Shown: one piece after another, positions 37,525-50,150 of the stretch | Numbering within the stretch: position 1 is the stretch's first letter | Layout of the letters: each line of letters opens with the position of its first letter | NCBI RefSeq assembly: GCF_001194135.2 | Contig: NC_068998.1 | Span: forward strand, 38,523,585-38,587,584 | DNA from: Octopus bimaculoides | Taxonomy: Eukaryota | DNA: 64,000 bases | Reading direction: 5' to 3' | Position numbers and translations under genes: made by a program | The notes under the pieces: model-generated | The model's input: the letters and a program-made list of their open reading frames with translations, nothing else | Told to the model about the DNA's origin: nothing | The model's database searches: none

Positions 37525-40406
37525 GTGTGTGTGTATGTGAAACCATTAGTTACCTTGCTAATACATAAATAAAGAATATCTATACACCAATGCGATGTTG
37601 AGCACTCGTTCACACTATTCGATATTAACGTGTATGTATGTATGTATGTATGTATGTATGTATATCGTCAGTGGATCATATATCAAAAAAAGAAGCACAC
37701 TCTGAAAGAGCAGTAATGTATTTACATGAAGTTAGATATACGTTCAGTCATAGAGTCACCAATTGTTTCGCATCCATAACGCGCTTAGCTTTATAGACGA
37801 TTCTTCATAATCCAATGGCCGCGGGCATTTGACCGTTACGGTTTTCCATCCACAGCAAATTCTATCCGAGTTCATTAGAACGGGGAGATTATTTTACTCC
37901 CAAAATCAGTCACTCTTCAGGTCAAATCCCTAAGAAATACCTAAAATCATTCAAGGAATAAACATAAACATGAGAAATAAAAAAATATATAAAGAGACAA
38001 AATCTGTAAACTAATCCCTACATTAACGGTATATTAAGAGTTACAAGGTTAAAACATTATGGAATAAGTAGATAATAAGTAGATAATAGTAAAAAAATGT
38101 GTTAGTGTATAAAGTTACTAAAAGATGGATGTCAATATTGTTTATAGAATTAAAAGATAAGATGTATGTATGTATGTATGTATGTATGTGTTTGTCCCTT
38201 CCACCACCAGCGCTTGACAACCGATGTTGGTGTATTTACGTCCCCCGTAACTTAGCGGTTCGGCAAAAGACACCGATAGANNNNNNNNNNNNNNNNNNNN
38301 NNNNNNNNNNNNNNNNNNNNNNNNNNNNNNNNNNNNNNNNNNNNNNNNNNNNNNNNNNNNNNNNNNNNNNNNNNNNNNNNNNNNNNNNNNNNNNNNNNNN
38401 NNNNNNNNNNNNNNNNNNNNNNNNNNNNNNNNNNNNNNNNNNNNNNNNNGGCAGAGAGAGAGAGGCAGAGAGAGGGAGATGCTTAGTGAATGAATATCAA
38501 ACTTTCGAACTATTGGATTATTAAATTGGAATTCTACGCTACTTTTAATTTATCGTTGTTAGAATGTTTCTTCCGTTAAATTAAAACGGTGTTATATTTT
38601 GCATTTTTTGTGTGTGTGATTCTATTTTTAAAAGTAGCTTTGGTTAATTTTTTTTTTATTTATATATTGAGTAAATTTGATATTAATAAATTTTTGTTTT
38701 AATTTCTTTTTCGCTCTTAATGAAACGAAACGTATTTACTTAGCAAATAAAAACTTTAAATAATGCTTAGCAGTGTATTTACTGTGTGGATAAAAAAATG
38801 AAATAAAGAGTATGACGATGAATTTACCAACGATTCAATATTGGCTTCAAATTTTAACACATGGCCGTCAATTTCGGACGAGGGGGTAAGTCAATTACAA
38901 CGGCTCCAGTGCTCAATAGGTACTTGTTTTATTTTATCGGGTCTCAAAGGCGAAGTCGACTTCGGCGGAATTTTAGCTCAGAACGTAAAGACGGACGAAA
39001 TGCTTTTGAGCCAGCTAGCCGCCTTGTGGAAATTGGTAAAGTCCCCCTTCAGTCACGAATGACCATGGTATTGCACCTAAAAAGTTTCCCACCAAGGCAC
39101 AAATCTGGGCAAGGTTATTTGTGAAAGACCAGCAGTCACCAATGCATACCAGCCTGCCCTCCCCGCGGCACCAGTGTTATCCCGTAACTTAGCGGTTCGG
39201 CAAAAGACACCGATAGAATAAATACTAGGCTTACAAAGAATAAGTCTTGGGGTCCATTTGCTCGACTAAAGGCGGCGCTCCAGCGTGGCCGCAGTCAAAT
39301 GATTGAAACAAATAAAAGAATAAAAGAATATTTGCAAAATACTCGATAACTCTGCTTAACCAACGCTAACTCATACAACCATTGTGAACTGAGTCGGCAA
39401 GGGAGACTTAAAGGAACACATAACTTACTAGAAAGAGCAGTCAAATCTCGCTCAAATTACACTGGTATTGACTTTTAAAAAATAACGGGAGTTGGGTATA
39501 TACTAGATCTTATGATGTTCGATGCACTAATTTGGAAGAAAAAATGCGGTGATCACACCTTTTGATCATAATCCTGTTGGCTCAGGACTGAATTGGAGAT
39601 AAATAAGACCAGCAGCAACGGCAACAGCAGCAGTAACACAGCAGCAGCAGCAACAACAACAGCAGGAACAAGAACTGCTGCTGCTGCTGCTGCTGCTGCT
39701 GCAACATCTTGTTCAACCACCATCAGACATGTGGATACATAATAGAAGATAACGAGACGGACTCTACATAGTTGCTTGACCTGACTGTGATAACAGCGAG
39801 GTATCTTATAGACCGCCCCTCACATTACACACTCACTCACAATCCCATATTACTCATCTTAAGTTAAAAGAAAAAACGACACCTTTGATAATGTACTTTG
39901 ATGGTTTAAAAGACGCACTGGCATATTAGTCGCACCCCAATTTCAGCAGCATATATTTAGTATGGGGAGAAGTCAATCCTTCGATATTGGTACATGAGGT
40001 CATTCACTCACACAACTTACCCTCATGACATAGATAATGAGGCTAGGCTGAAAAAGAGAGTGCATGACATCGTCTCTTCATACCGACACTCTGTAGACCA
40101 ATACTGAAGGATAGCCAAGAAATGTTTTTTAGCGCATTAAAATATCTAGTATTTAAATTAGGCTTTGGTCGGCCTGAGGCTATAGTAGAAAACACTTGCC
40201 CATGGTGCTATGCCGTGGAACTGAACCTAGAACCATGTGATTGATAATGTTTATAGTTGCAAAAGTTGTGATGAATTAGTGTTGAGTCTTTTTGAACTTT
40301 GAAGAGGGGTCTGGATATCTTGTAGTCTTTTACTTATTTCAGTCATTAGACTGTGGCCATACTGGTGCACAATCTTGAGAAATTTTCGTCGAACGAATTT
40401 CACAAC

Positions 40407-40545
40407 CGTGGCTGTGTGGTAAAAAGCTTGCTTCCTAACCAGATAGTTCTGGGTTTACTCCCATTGCGTGGCACCTTGGGCAAGTATCTTCTACTACAGC
40501 TTCGAGCTGACCAAAGTCTTGTGAGTGAGTTTGCACACTCCTGCG

Positions 40546-40548
<3 letters not shown>
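40407..40548 (+). mobile_element. SINE family A
   Basis: gtggctgtgtggtaaaaagcttgc...; ends in (TG)n. An inverted partial copy lies at 40161-40245. Confidence 0.8.
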
Positions 40549-40602
<54 letters not shown>

Positions 40603-41155
40603 NNNNNNNNNNNNNNNNNNNNNNNNNNNNNNNNNNNNNNNNNNNNNNNNNNNNNNNNNNNNNNNNNNNNNNNNNNNNNNNNNNNNNNNNNNNNNNNNNN
40701 NNNNNNNNNNNNNNNNNNNNNNNNNNNNNNNNNNNNNNNNNNNNNNNNNNNNNNNNNNNNNNNNNNNNNNNNNNNNNNNNNNNNNNNNNNNNNNNNNNNN
40801 NNNNNNNNNNNNNNNNNNNNNNNNNNNNNNNNNNNNNNNNNNNNNNNNNNNNNNNNNNNNNNNNNNNNNNNNNNNNNNNNNNNNNNNNNNNNNNNNNNNN
40901 NNNNNNNNNNNNNNNNNNNNNNNNNNNNNNNNNNNNNNNNNNNNNNNNNNNNNNNNNNNNNNNNNNNNNNNNNNNNNNNNNAAATAACAACAACAACAAC
41001 AACATCAACAGCTAACAAGAATATCAGAAATAAACTGATCAAAGAAATAATAAAAGACGAGATGCTGTGTACCAATACCGAAATGGCTGTTGTTGTTATT
41101 GTTGAGTTGGCCATAAAGCAACGGCGTTGAAGATTCTATTGCAAGCTCTACCCTC

Positions 41156-41194
<39 letters not shown>

Positions 41195-41658
41195 ACGCGC
41201 ATACACAGAGGCTAGTGCACTGATCTTACATAGGTGCGGACTCAAGTAGACTGATCTAAAGCCGCTCTTATATATTCAGTATATTAACGTGTGCATCACG
41301 CCTTTTTCTATGGTTGTTTCTCTCTCTTTCTGTATGTGTGTATGTGTGTTTGCGTCAGTGCAAAAGCTAGAAGAGCAAAAATCTTTACCGAATAACCTCA
41401 CTCTCAAACTCTCACTCATTCACTTTCTTTCTCTTTCTCTCTGTCTCTTTCTCTTTCTCTTTCTTTCTTTCTCTCTCTCAATGATATCGCTGAAGTTTGT
41501 TGCTTTACAGATGCCGAAACAATTTTGATTTTGATACACTGGATGTGTTTGTTGTTGGAACGTGTTAGCGGAATGGTTTATGGTGAATGTGTGCAGTGTG
41601 TAAGACTTAACAGATCAAGGAGAGGGAGTGAGAGAGAGAGAAAGAGAGAGAAAGAGAA

Positions 41659-41711
<53 letters not shown>

Positions 41712-41840
41712 NNNNNNNNNNNNNNNNNNNNNNNNNNNNNNNNNNNNNNNNNNNNNNNNNNNNNNNNNNNNNNNNNNNNNNNNNNNNNNNNNNNNNNNNN
41801 NNNNNNNNNNNNNNNNNNNNNNNNNNNNNNNNNNNNNNNN

Positions 41841-41888
<48 letters not shown>

Positions 41889-42309
41889 GTATTTGAGAGA
41901 GAGAGAGAGAGAGTGAGAGAGAAAGGTTCTATGGAAAATACCTGAAAATAATATGTCTGTGATGATGGCAAACTTTCAACTTGATCTTGTACTCGCTCAA
42001 CTTGCGTTCTTCAATAGCATATATACACGTTATGAATATCACTTAAAAACCTCTGTGTGTGTGTGTGTGTGTGTAAAGGCTTTAACGTTTTTTTATGGGG
42101 CAGGGAGATACACGAGTTAACCTGCCTGATACATATTCATAAGATGATGTGTTTGTAAATGTATGTATGTATGTATGTATGTATGTATTATGTATGTGTG
42201 TGTATGTATGTGTCTATGTGTGTATGTATCCTTCTGAAAACTGAGTGTATATTTATGTTACTCGTAAAGTTATTGTGTTTTGGCTTGATGATACATGTTG
42301 GAATAGTTT

Positions 42310-42341
<32 letters not shown>

Positions 42342-42660
42342 TATGTATAGATAGTTTCGTATATTTATACATATATTCACACAAGTATCGTTGCATATAC
42401 GTGTGTGTGTATATGCACATTAGATACTCAAGTTTGTGTGTGTATGTGCATTTGTTGCGCGCGCGTATGTTCGTTGCTTGTGTGTGTGTGTGTGTGCGTG
42501 TGTGTGTGTGTGTGTGTGCGTGTGTGTGTGTGTGTGTGTGCGTGTACTTAAAGCAGATACATCATGCAAAACTTAACTGCGATATTCGTCCTGAAATAGG
42601 ATATCTTATAGACGTACAGTGTTAAAAAACAAAAATATATCAGTAACAATGGTGATACTA

Positions 42661-42705
42661 CTACTAAATGCGCATTTCTGCTTCTTTGCGCTTCGTCAGT
42701 AGCAA
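42661..42705 (-). ncRNA. Hammerhead ribozyme with degenerate stem II (family HH-4)
   Basis: Minus strand reads TTGCTA-CTGACGA-AGCGCAAAGAAGCA-GAAATGCGCATT-TAGTAG. The core is canonical, stem I is 6 bp (2 G.U), stem III is the 8-nt palindrome AUGCGCAU and the triplet is AUU. Stem II has only ~2 bp. Confidence 0.55.
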
Positions 42706-43024
42706 GTATCCAATGGCAACGGTCTGCTAAGACAAAATCTGCCGTTACAGATACAATAAAAGAATGACTGAAAAATCACTGATGTAGCAATTAACTGCCC
42801 GGCTGAACAAAAATTCGTATTATGCAAGATATATTTATGTGGTATTGACATACTATTGTTTTTAACACTCTATGTCTATAAGAGACACTAATCCGGGATG
42901 AATGTAGCATTTAATTAGGCTTTCAGTGAAGTACCTGCATTAAGTTTAATACGGTGATTGCTACATTAAATATAACCAGTTTTTAAGTTGTATGTATTTA
43001 ACAGTAAACATCAGCAAACAAAGT

Positions 43025-43165
43025 TCTAAAAAGCTTGCATTCCAACCATATGGCTCCGGATTCAGTCCCACTGCGTGACATCTTGCGCAAATGTCATCTA
43101 CTATAGCCCCAGGCAGACCGAAGCTTTATGAGTGAGTCTGGTAGAAGAAAACTAAAAGAAGAAAA
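43025..43165 (+). mobile_element. SINE family A (degenerate)
   Basis: Sequence match to the other copies. Confidence 0.7.
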
Positions 43166-43852
43166 CTAAAAGAAGAGACAAGAAGTGTGTGTGTGTGAAG
43201 AGAGAGAGTGTGGGGAGAACAATGAAAGACAGATAGATATATGTGTCTGTATGTATGCAGTATGTATGTGTGTGTGAGTGTGAGCGTGTGGCTGTGTGTG
43301 AGCGTGTGTGTGCGTGTGTGTGTATGTGTATGTGTGTGTGTGTGCTTGATTTGCTTGTTCTTCACCAGCGCCAAACAACCGGTTTTGGTTTCTTTATATC
43401 CGAATAACTTAGCTGTTCGGGGCAAAAAAAAAAATGACCTATAGAATACGTAACAGGTTTTAAAACAAAAAGTACTGAAACCTTTCAAGTCGGTGCTACG
43501 GCATGGCCATAGTCCAATGAACGAAACAAGTAAAACTTAAAAGAGAACAACTGAGACAAATGCAAATTTTGGACCTTTTATTTTGTGAGCGAATTTAGTT
43601 GTACCTTTTATACCAGGGTAAAACCGTTACTGGTATAAGTGTAAATGCAGTGGCCCTTTCATTTGAAACCCTAATCACGTGTTTATTTTGCTCAATGACT
43701 ACTTTGAGGCCTGCATTAAAAGTAGTTTTACTTCGATTCTCTAATGATGTGGCTAGAAATAAGCGCAGGAGTGTCTGTGTTGTCGATCGACACGCTAAAA
43801 GTAGCACCCAAATCTCCTCCAACCACAGTCCACTGTTTTTTTTAATATGGGA

Positions 43853-44215
43853 AGGCGGCGAGCTGGCAAAATCGTTAGCACGGCCGGACAAAATGCTTAG
43901 CATATCAGTGAGGGGTGCCGGTGCGCATTGATGCCGTCGAGAGGTAGGCCCCGAAACAGCACGCATTCTCTCCTGATGACCCCATACACTTGCTGGCTTC
44001 CGGTATGCGGAGTTCTCGACTGGTAGCACTTGCATGTGCGAGTTGTTTGCAAGACATCGTCGGACTTTACGTTTTGAGTTCAAATTCCGCTGAGGTCTAG
44101 TTTGCTTTTCATCATTTTGGAAGTCGATGAAATAAGTACCGGCTGAGCACTGGGGTCGATGTAATTGATTTACCCCCTCCTTCCACCCCGTACTCGCTGA
44201 CCTTGTATCAAAAAC
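43853..44215 (+). mobile_element. SINE family B with ~165-bp foreign insertion in its head
   Basis: Head at 43853-43901, insert at ~43902-44066, and the SINE resumes at ...actttacgttttgagttcaaattcc. Confidence 0.75.
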
Positions 44216-44860
44216 TGAAAGTAGTATCGGCTTGATACATTACATAACTTAATCCTAGAATTTCCGCCTAAAATACGTTAAGGTCGTAGCTGAAATGCTT
44301 TACATCATGTCGACTCGATCAGATCCGGCTCGAAGATTAAGCAACAGCCAATAGCTGGTGAACATAAAATGATATAAGTCACGGAGTGAGTTCCGAGTTC
44401 TAATCGTTCGCATACATTCGTCCAACTTTATATCAATGTAAGAAATCAATATTTTCCCACAAGTGACTTGTTACTACCTTCTTCACAATTTAACTGAGGA
44501 AATATACTTTTTCTTCTCTCCTCTGGCGGGTTCTTTCTCCTGAAATCAGTATTTCTGTGTTATTTCTCACACACTCTTCGATATCATATTTTGCCATCTC
44601 TCCTCTCTCTCTTCGTGGTAGGTATAACCTATCAACACTATCTCTGGGGTGTACCAAACCTTATACATGAAGGTTGTCTTTCTGTTTGTACAGTCAATGC
44701 CTTAGTTCTTCCTTAGTCCAGTTCAGAAAAACAGCAGAATATCGTATTAGAGACACCACCCATATGTTTACTGCAGAGATGCTTTTCTCTCTGTTCAGTT
44801 TCAAGCTAAGCAATTCTTTTACCCTCCTTAGATATCAATCATCATCATTATCGTCGCCGC

Positions 44861-44891
<31 letters not shown>

Positions 44892-45024
44892 GTCATCATC
44901 ATCATCATCATTAAACTGCCCAGGTCAACTTTGCCTTTCATCCTTTCGGGGTCGATAAAATAAGTACCAGTTGAGTACTAGGGTCAAATTGTCAGGCCTT
45001 GTGCCTATAGTAGAAAAGATTATT

Positions 45025-45028
45025 ATTA

Positions 45029-45116
<88 letters not shown>

Positions 45117-45182
45117 ATTATTATTATTATTATTATTATCATTATTATCATTATTATTATTATTATTTGTTGTTGTTGTTGC

Positions 45183-45228
<46 letters not shown>
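45025..45228. repeat. (TTA)n/(TTG)n microsatellite
   Basis: Direct reading. Confidence 0.95.
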
Positions 45229-45230
<2 letters not shown>

Positions 45231-45231
45231 G

Positions 45232-45400
45232 GCGGCGAGCTGGCAGAATCGTTCTGAGTTCAAATTCTGCCGAGGTCGACTTCACTTTTTATCCTTCGGG
45301 ATCGATAAAAAAAAAAAGAGAAGTACCAGTCGAGTACTGGGGTTGATGTAATCGACCAGTCCCCTTCGCCAATACTTCAGCCCTGAGCCTAAAGTAGAAA
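45232..45400 (+). mobile_element. SINE family B (internally deleted)
   Basis: Follows a long (TTA)/(TTG) tract. Confidence 0.8.
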
Positions 45401-45982
45401 GGATTATTATAGTTGTTGTTATTTACTTATTTTTATATTTTGTTGCAGATCGTATAGAGGACCTCTGAGATTGTCGGAAACAGAGGGGAAGTTCCCTACT
45501 AACGAGAAACCCAGCTGAAATACTTTCAACTGAATGGACTCTGCTAAAGGTTCCATGGAGTACTTTATTTTAACGACCCTGGAAATATGACAAATGTGAC
45601 CTTAGGGAGATTTGAACATGGAACATAAAGAACCATAACTCAGCACGATTCTATCGATCCAATCTGCTAGTGTCATGAAACAAAACCAAGACTATTCCGC
45701 TCCAAACATAACAGAAAGAGCCTTTGTGTGGTGATGCGATCTACAAGAGATAGCAACCAAATCTCCTTCAAATCCCAATGTCTTTTAAAAATGGGAGGAC
45801 GCATTAAACAGTATAATCCCAAAATATTAATCCCAAAATAAATAATCCCAAAATATATAATCCTAAAATGACGGACTAGTCACGGTTAGAAGGCCTTGCA
45901 TCATAGACTTGAGTTTAAATAGTAACATCCTATCGTAACGGTTGTCAATCTTCTTAACTTCGTGATATCTTTTTATTTTTTA

Positions 45983-46180
45983 TCCTTTACATGTTTCAGT
46001 CATTGGACTGCAGCCATGCTGGGGCACTGCTTTGAAGGGTTTAGTCGAGCAAATTGATTCCAATATTTATTCTGTCGGTCTCTTTTACCGAGCCGCTAAG
46101 TTATGGGTTAGGGTTAAGGTTAGGGTTACCGAACAGCTAAGTTATGGGGTCGTAATCAAAGCTAACACTAGTTGCCAAGA
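45983..46180 (+). mobile_element. SINE-like repeat family C
   Basis: cagtcattggactgcagccatgctggggc...gaaccgctaagttacggg. Other copies at 7620-7705, 40325-40400, 48006-48150, 59213-59405(+) and 38190-38280, 39176-39325, 43370-43545(-). Confidence 0.75.
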
Positions 46181-46203
46181 GGCAGGAGACACACACACAC
46201 ACA

Positions 46204-46927
46204 TCTTATACATAAATGGCAATTTCTGTCTGTCTGTCTGTTACCATCCTGCTGCTTACACCATGGAATCAATCATGACGAAACTTTCCATACATGTTAA
46301 ACTAACATCCAGTTCAATTATAGGCTAATTGGATTTCAATAAAAATCTATAATGGTCCCCCTAGAGGGGTTGGGCTATTATTTGCTAAAATGAGAAGGGT
46401 GCAAGAGTGTTAGTGTGAGAGAAGTGTGGTAGCATAGTAAGTGTGGATGATATCAGGGAAGGGGGAGGACAGCGCTGTGTAAGCGACAAATATGGAGTGG
46501 CAGTGGGGTGTAACGTTAATACAACTGTCATTCAGGGATATACACGCGATGCTGCATACATACCTTCCTAAATACATAGATATATGCATACACACACACA
46601 CACACACTGCACGTGCACATATACATAACTTTTAAAACGCAGAGGAAGGGAAAGAAAAGTGGGTGTGACGAATACGTAGATTCAAGGGGAGAGGGGCAGG
46701 TGGCTTTTCTTCTGTCAATCGCAAAGAAACACACTCAGATACACACACGCACATACACATATATATACATGCATACATACATTCGTACATACATACATAC
46801 ATAGATATGTCCACACCATTTTAAACTCGTGATTACCCGCATGTACGTTGGTAAAAGTGTGTGTGTATGAGTGTGTGTGTGTGTGTGTGTGTCTCAGTGA
46901 GTGTTTGTGTGTTTGTGTGTGTGTGTG

Positions 46928-46978
<51 letters not shown>

Positions 46979-47562
46979 AAGAGAGAAAGAGAGAAAGAGA
47001 TCCTATAACTACCTGTCTCTCTACTTTTGTAGGGTCTTCCCTGTTACTGTCATATATTGTGAAATTTTTAAATTACATCCAAATTTTCAAATTTGGTATA
47101 TTGAAATAATTTTCCACATTAAATTTAATTTTGTTATTTATTTATTCCAGAAAAATTGCAGAAAAATTGCAGAAAAATGTTACCGAGGTTTAAATTTTAA
47201 TCAATTTTACCTAATCAGAAAACAGGATTTGGAAGCTGGCATTTTCTGCATGATAGCTGTCTATCACGAAATGAAAGCAAAATCATTACGAGGGGAAATT
47301 TTTATTAAACCAACGAAAGCAAAACATTACGACGACCAAAGCTAAGTTTTAATGAATAAAGTAATGTGAAACGGTCGAACAGACATGTAAATAATTTAAA
47401 AAGGAAAAAAATCCTCAATGAAATATTTTTGCGAAAAATAGCTCAAATCTGTTCTGATCAAGAGACCTATCTGTCGGGTAAGACATTGTCTGACATGGAA
47501 TAAACAAAAATTTATAAGACATTCTATTGTAAAAATTACCCGGCAACGTCGGACTATTCAGC

Positions 47563-47565
<3 letters not shown>
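46204..47565 (+). mobile_element. Probable non-autonomous Helitron
   Basis: 5' end A|TCTTATACATAAAT...(TCTG)n. 3' end has a subterminal hairpin cccggcaacgtcgg followed by ...CAGCTAC|T (CTAG-like). A homologous internal segment lies at 53650-53850 on the opposite strand. Continuity across the internal microsatellites is uncertain. Confidence 0.45.
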
Positions 47566-47602
<37 letters not shown>

Positions 47603-47762
47603 TCTATCTACCATACTCACTCAGGAGACACTGGCCAGCCCGGGGCTATAGGAGAAGGCCTATGCTCAAGGTACCGCGCAGTGGAGACTGGACCCACATC
47701 CACGGGCTTGCAAAGCTATCTCCTTAACCATGCAGCGATGCCTGTGCATATAGTGATGATTA

Positions 47763-47804
<42 letters not shown>

Positions 47805-48197
47805 NNNNNNNNNNNNNNNNNNNNNNNNNNNNNNNNNNNNNNNNNNNNNNNNNNNNNNNNNNNNNNNNNNNNNNNNNNNNNNNNNNNNNNNNNNNNNNNN
47901 NNNNNNNNNNNNNNNNNNNNNNNNNNNNNNNNNNNNNNNNNNNNNNNNNNNNNNNNNNNNNNNNNNNNNNNNNNNNNNNNNNNNNNNNNNNNNNNNNNNN
48001 NNNNNCTTTAGTCGAGCAAATCGACCTCAGGACTTATTCTTTGTAAGCCTAGTACTTATTCTATCGGTCTATTTTGCCGAACCGTTAAGTTACGGGGACG
48101 TAAACACACCAGCATCGGTTGTCAAGCGATGTTGGGGGGACAAACGCAGTCACACAAACACACACACACATACACACATATATATATACATATATAC

Positions 48198-48356
48198 GAC
48201 GGGCTTCTTTCAGTTTCCGTCTACCAAATCCACTCACAAGGCTTTGGTTGGCCCGAGGCTATAGTAGAAGACACTTACCCAAGATGCCACGCAGTGGGAC
48301 TGAACCCGGAACCATATGGTTCGTAAGCAAGCTACTTACCACACAGCCACTCCTAT
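48198..48356 (-). mobile_element. SINE family A (near consensus)
   Basis: Tail-to-tail with family C at 48006-48150. An older copy lies at 47600-47748. Confidence 0.9.
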
Positions 48357-49096
48357 GCCTATTCATTGCTTATTTTGTTTTATTAATCATAACTGCGCAT
48401 CACAAAATTATGAATAGTGTGCATCTCAAGACACTCAAGAATTAATATTAGTTTTTCTAAACCATTAAATGATATTTTCTTTTTAAAAAAATTGGTAGCG
48501 CCTCTAGGTATCTCACACCAGTACATCGTTCGAGAAACATTGCCATATCGAATACAGCTTTATTGTAGGGTCGTTATGACACGACAGATAACTCCAGTGT
48601 TTCATTTAGAAATGATTTCTAAGCAGTTCTAACAGAACTATGTAAAGGTCTTTTGGGTTTAGCACGATAACTTTACAAAACGATCATAACGATTGTCTTA
48701 CAAGTACCAGAATATGAACAATCGCATACTTCAAGTGACATTCCACTTTACTCCACCAGATGTGTCTTCAATTATTCTTTCGGCAAGTTATTCTGTTTTA
48801 ATCTAAATTCATACCACTGGCCCGCTCGAATTGCTTCCCTTGGTTAATTATGCCAAAATACTAACAAAAAAAAAGCCCCAAACTCATACATACATACATA
48901 CATATGTACATGCATACATACACATATATACGCACACCTACATACATATATACATACATACATACATACATACGTAATAATACATACATATGTACATAGA
49001 TGCCTGCATACATACACATATACATGCACACACATATATATACACACACGTACATACATACATACATTCATACATACATACATACATACATACATA

Positions 49097-49290
49097 GAAA
49101 TCAACTGTCTCGGCCATTACAAATACAATCTGTAAGTGGAACAGTAGAAATATGCAAAACTTTTCTCAAGTTTAAAATGTGACATTGTTTTCGTTATGTA
49201 TATTCCAAAGATGAAGCTTTGTATCTTTGTTGGAAACCGGCTCCTTCCTCAAAAGAAGAATTTATATAATTAAAAACAGAAAAGAACATA
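49097..49290 (+). mobile_element. 5'-truncated copy of the Dong-like LINE 3' end
   Basis: QIQSVSGTVEICKTFLKFKM* plus a 3' UTR similar to 37060-37230. The 5' junction abuts (CATA)n. Confidence 0.8.
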
Positions 49291-49795
49291 GGTATGTGCG
49301 TCCATATGTACATAGATGCATGCATCCACACATGCGTACGTACATATGTACATTATTAATGTTTCTTTTTATGTTAAATCTTGTCGTGTCTTGGAGAGGT
49401 CATTACGCCAATAGTAATGACACACGCACTGGTCCAATATCACTTCTTTATTGTTAGTCAACTGGTTAAATATGCAACCCTGTATGTCAAGTCATATATA
49501 GATACAGAAGACTTACTCTATGCGTTTTAGCTGAAGACATGTATATTAAACTGTGTATGTTTGTGTGTGTCTAACAGACACACACAAACATACACACACG
49601 CATACACGCACGCGCGCACACTCATTCACACACATACATATGGGAATGAAATTTACTTAGGGGATGCAAACCCAATTTTTCCGGAGGATGTTCAAAGCAT
49701 TTTCATCAACCCCAACAAAAAAATAAAATAACAATTTAAAGGGTGCACTTGCACCCCCTGCACCCCCTGTTCTTAAGCCTTTGGACATACACATA

Positions 49796-49930
49796 CAGGG
49801 TGTCTCATAAAGACGGGACACCTCACATTTTGAGCGCGAGTAACCAGAACCTGAATAAATGGATGGGTGAGTTATCAGGATCTTGTAAAACGTCAACTAA
49901 AAAGTAATCCCATAATTATGAGACATCCTA
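49796..49930. mobile_element. Tc1/mariner-type MITE (different family)
   Basis: TA-cagggtgtctcataaa...attatgagacatcct inverted termini. Confidence 0.65.
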
Positions 49931-49932
49931 AA

Positions 49933-50150
49933 GGCGGCGAGCTGGCAGAATCGTTAGCACGCCGGAATAAATGCTTAGCGGCACTTCGTTCGTCTTTATA
50001 CCTTCTGAGTTCAAATTCCGCCAAGGTCACCTCTACCTTTCATATTTTCGGGGTCGATAAAATAAGTACCAGTTGAGTAGTGAGGTCGCTGTAATCGACT
50101 ATGCCCTCTTCAGCAAAGTTGCTGGCCTTGCGCCAAAATTTGGAACCGTT
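49933..50150 (+). mobile_element. SINE family B
   Basis: Near-consensus full copy. Further minus-strand copies lie at 38862-39022, 62205-62450 and 63290-63390. Confidence 0.85.

Noticed and set aside
43595-44083. 162-aa and 110-aa overlapping ORFs
   Set aside because: They span a SINE and its insertion, and no domain is recognisable.
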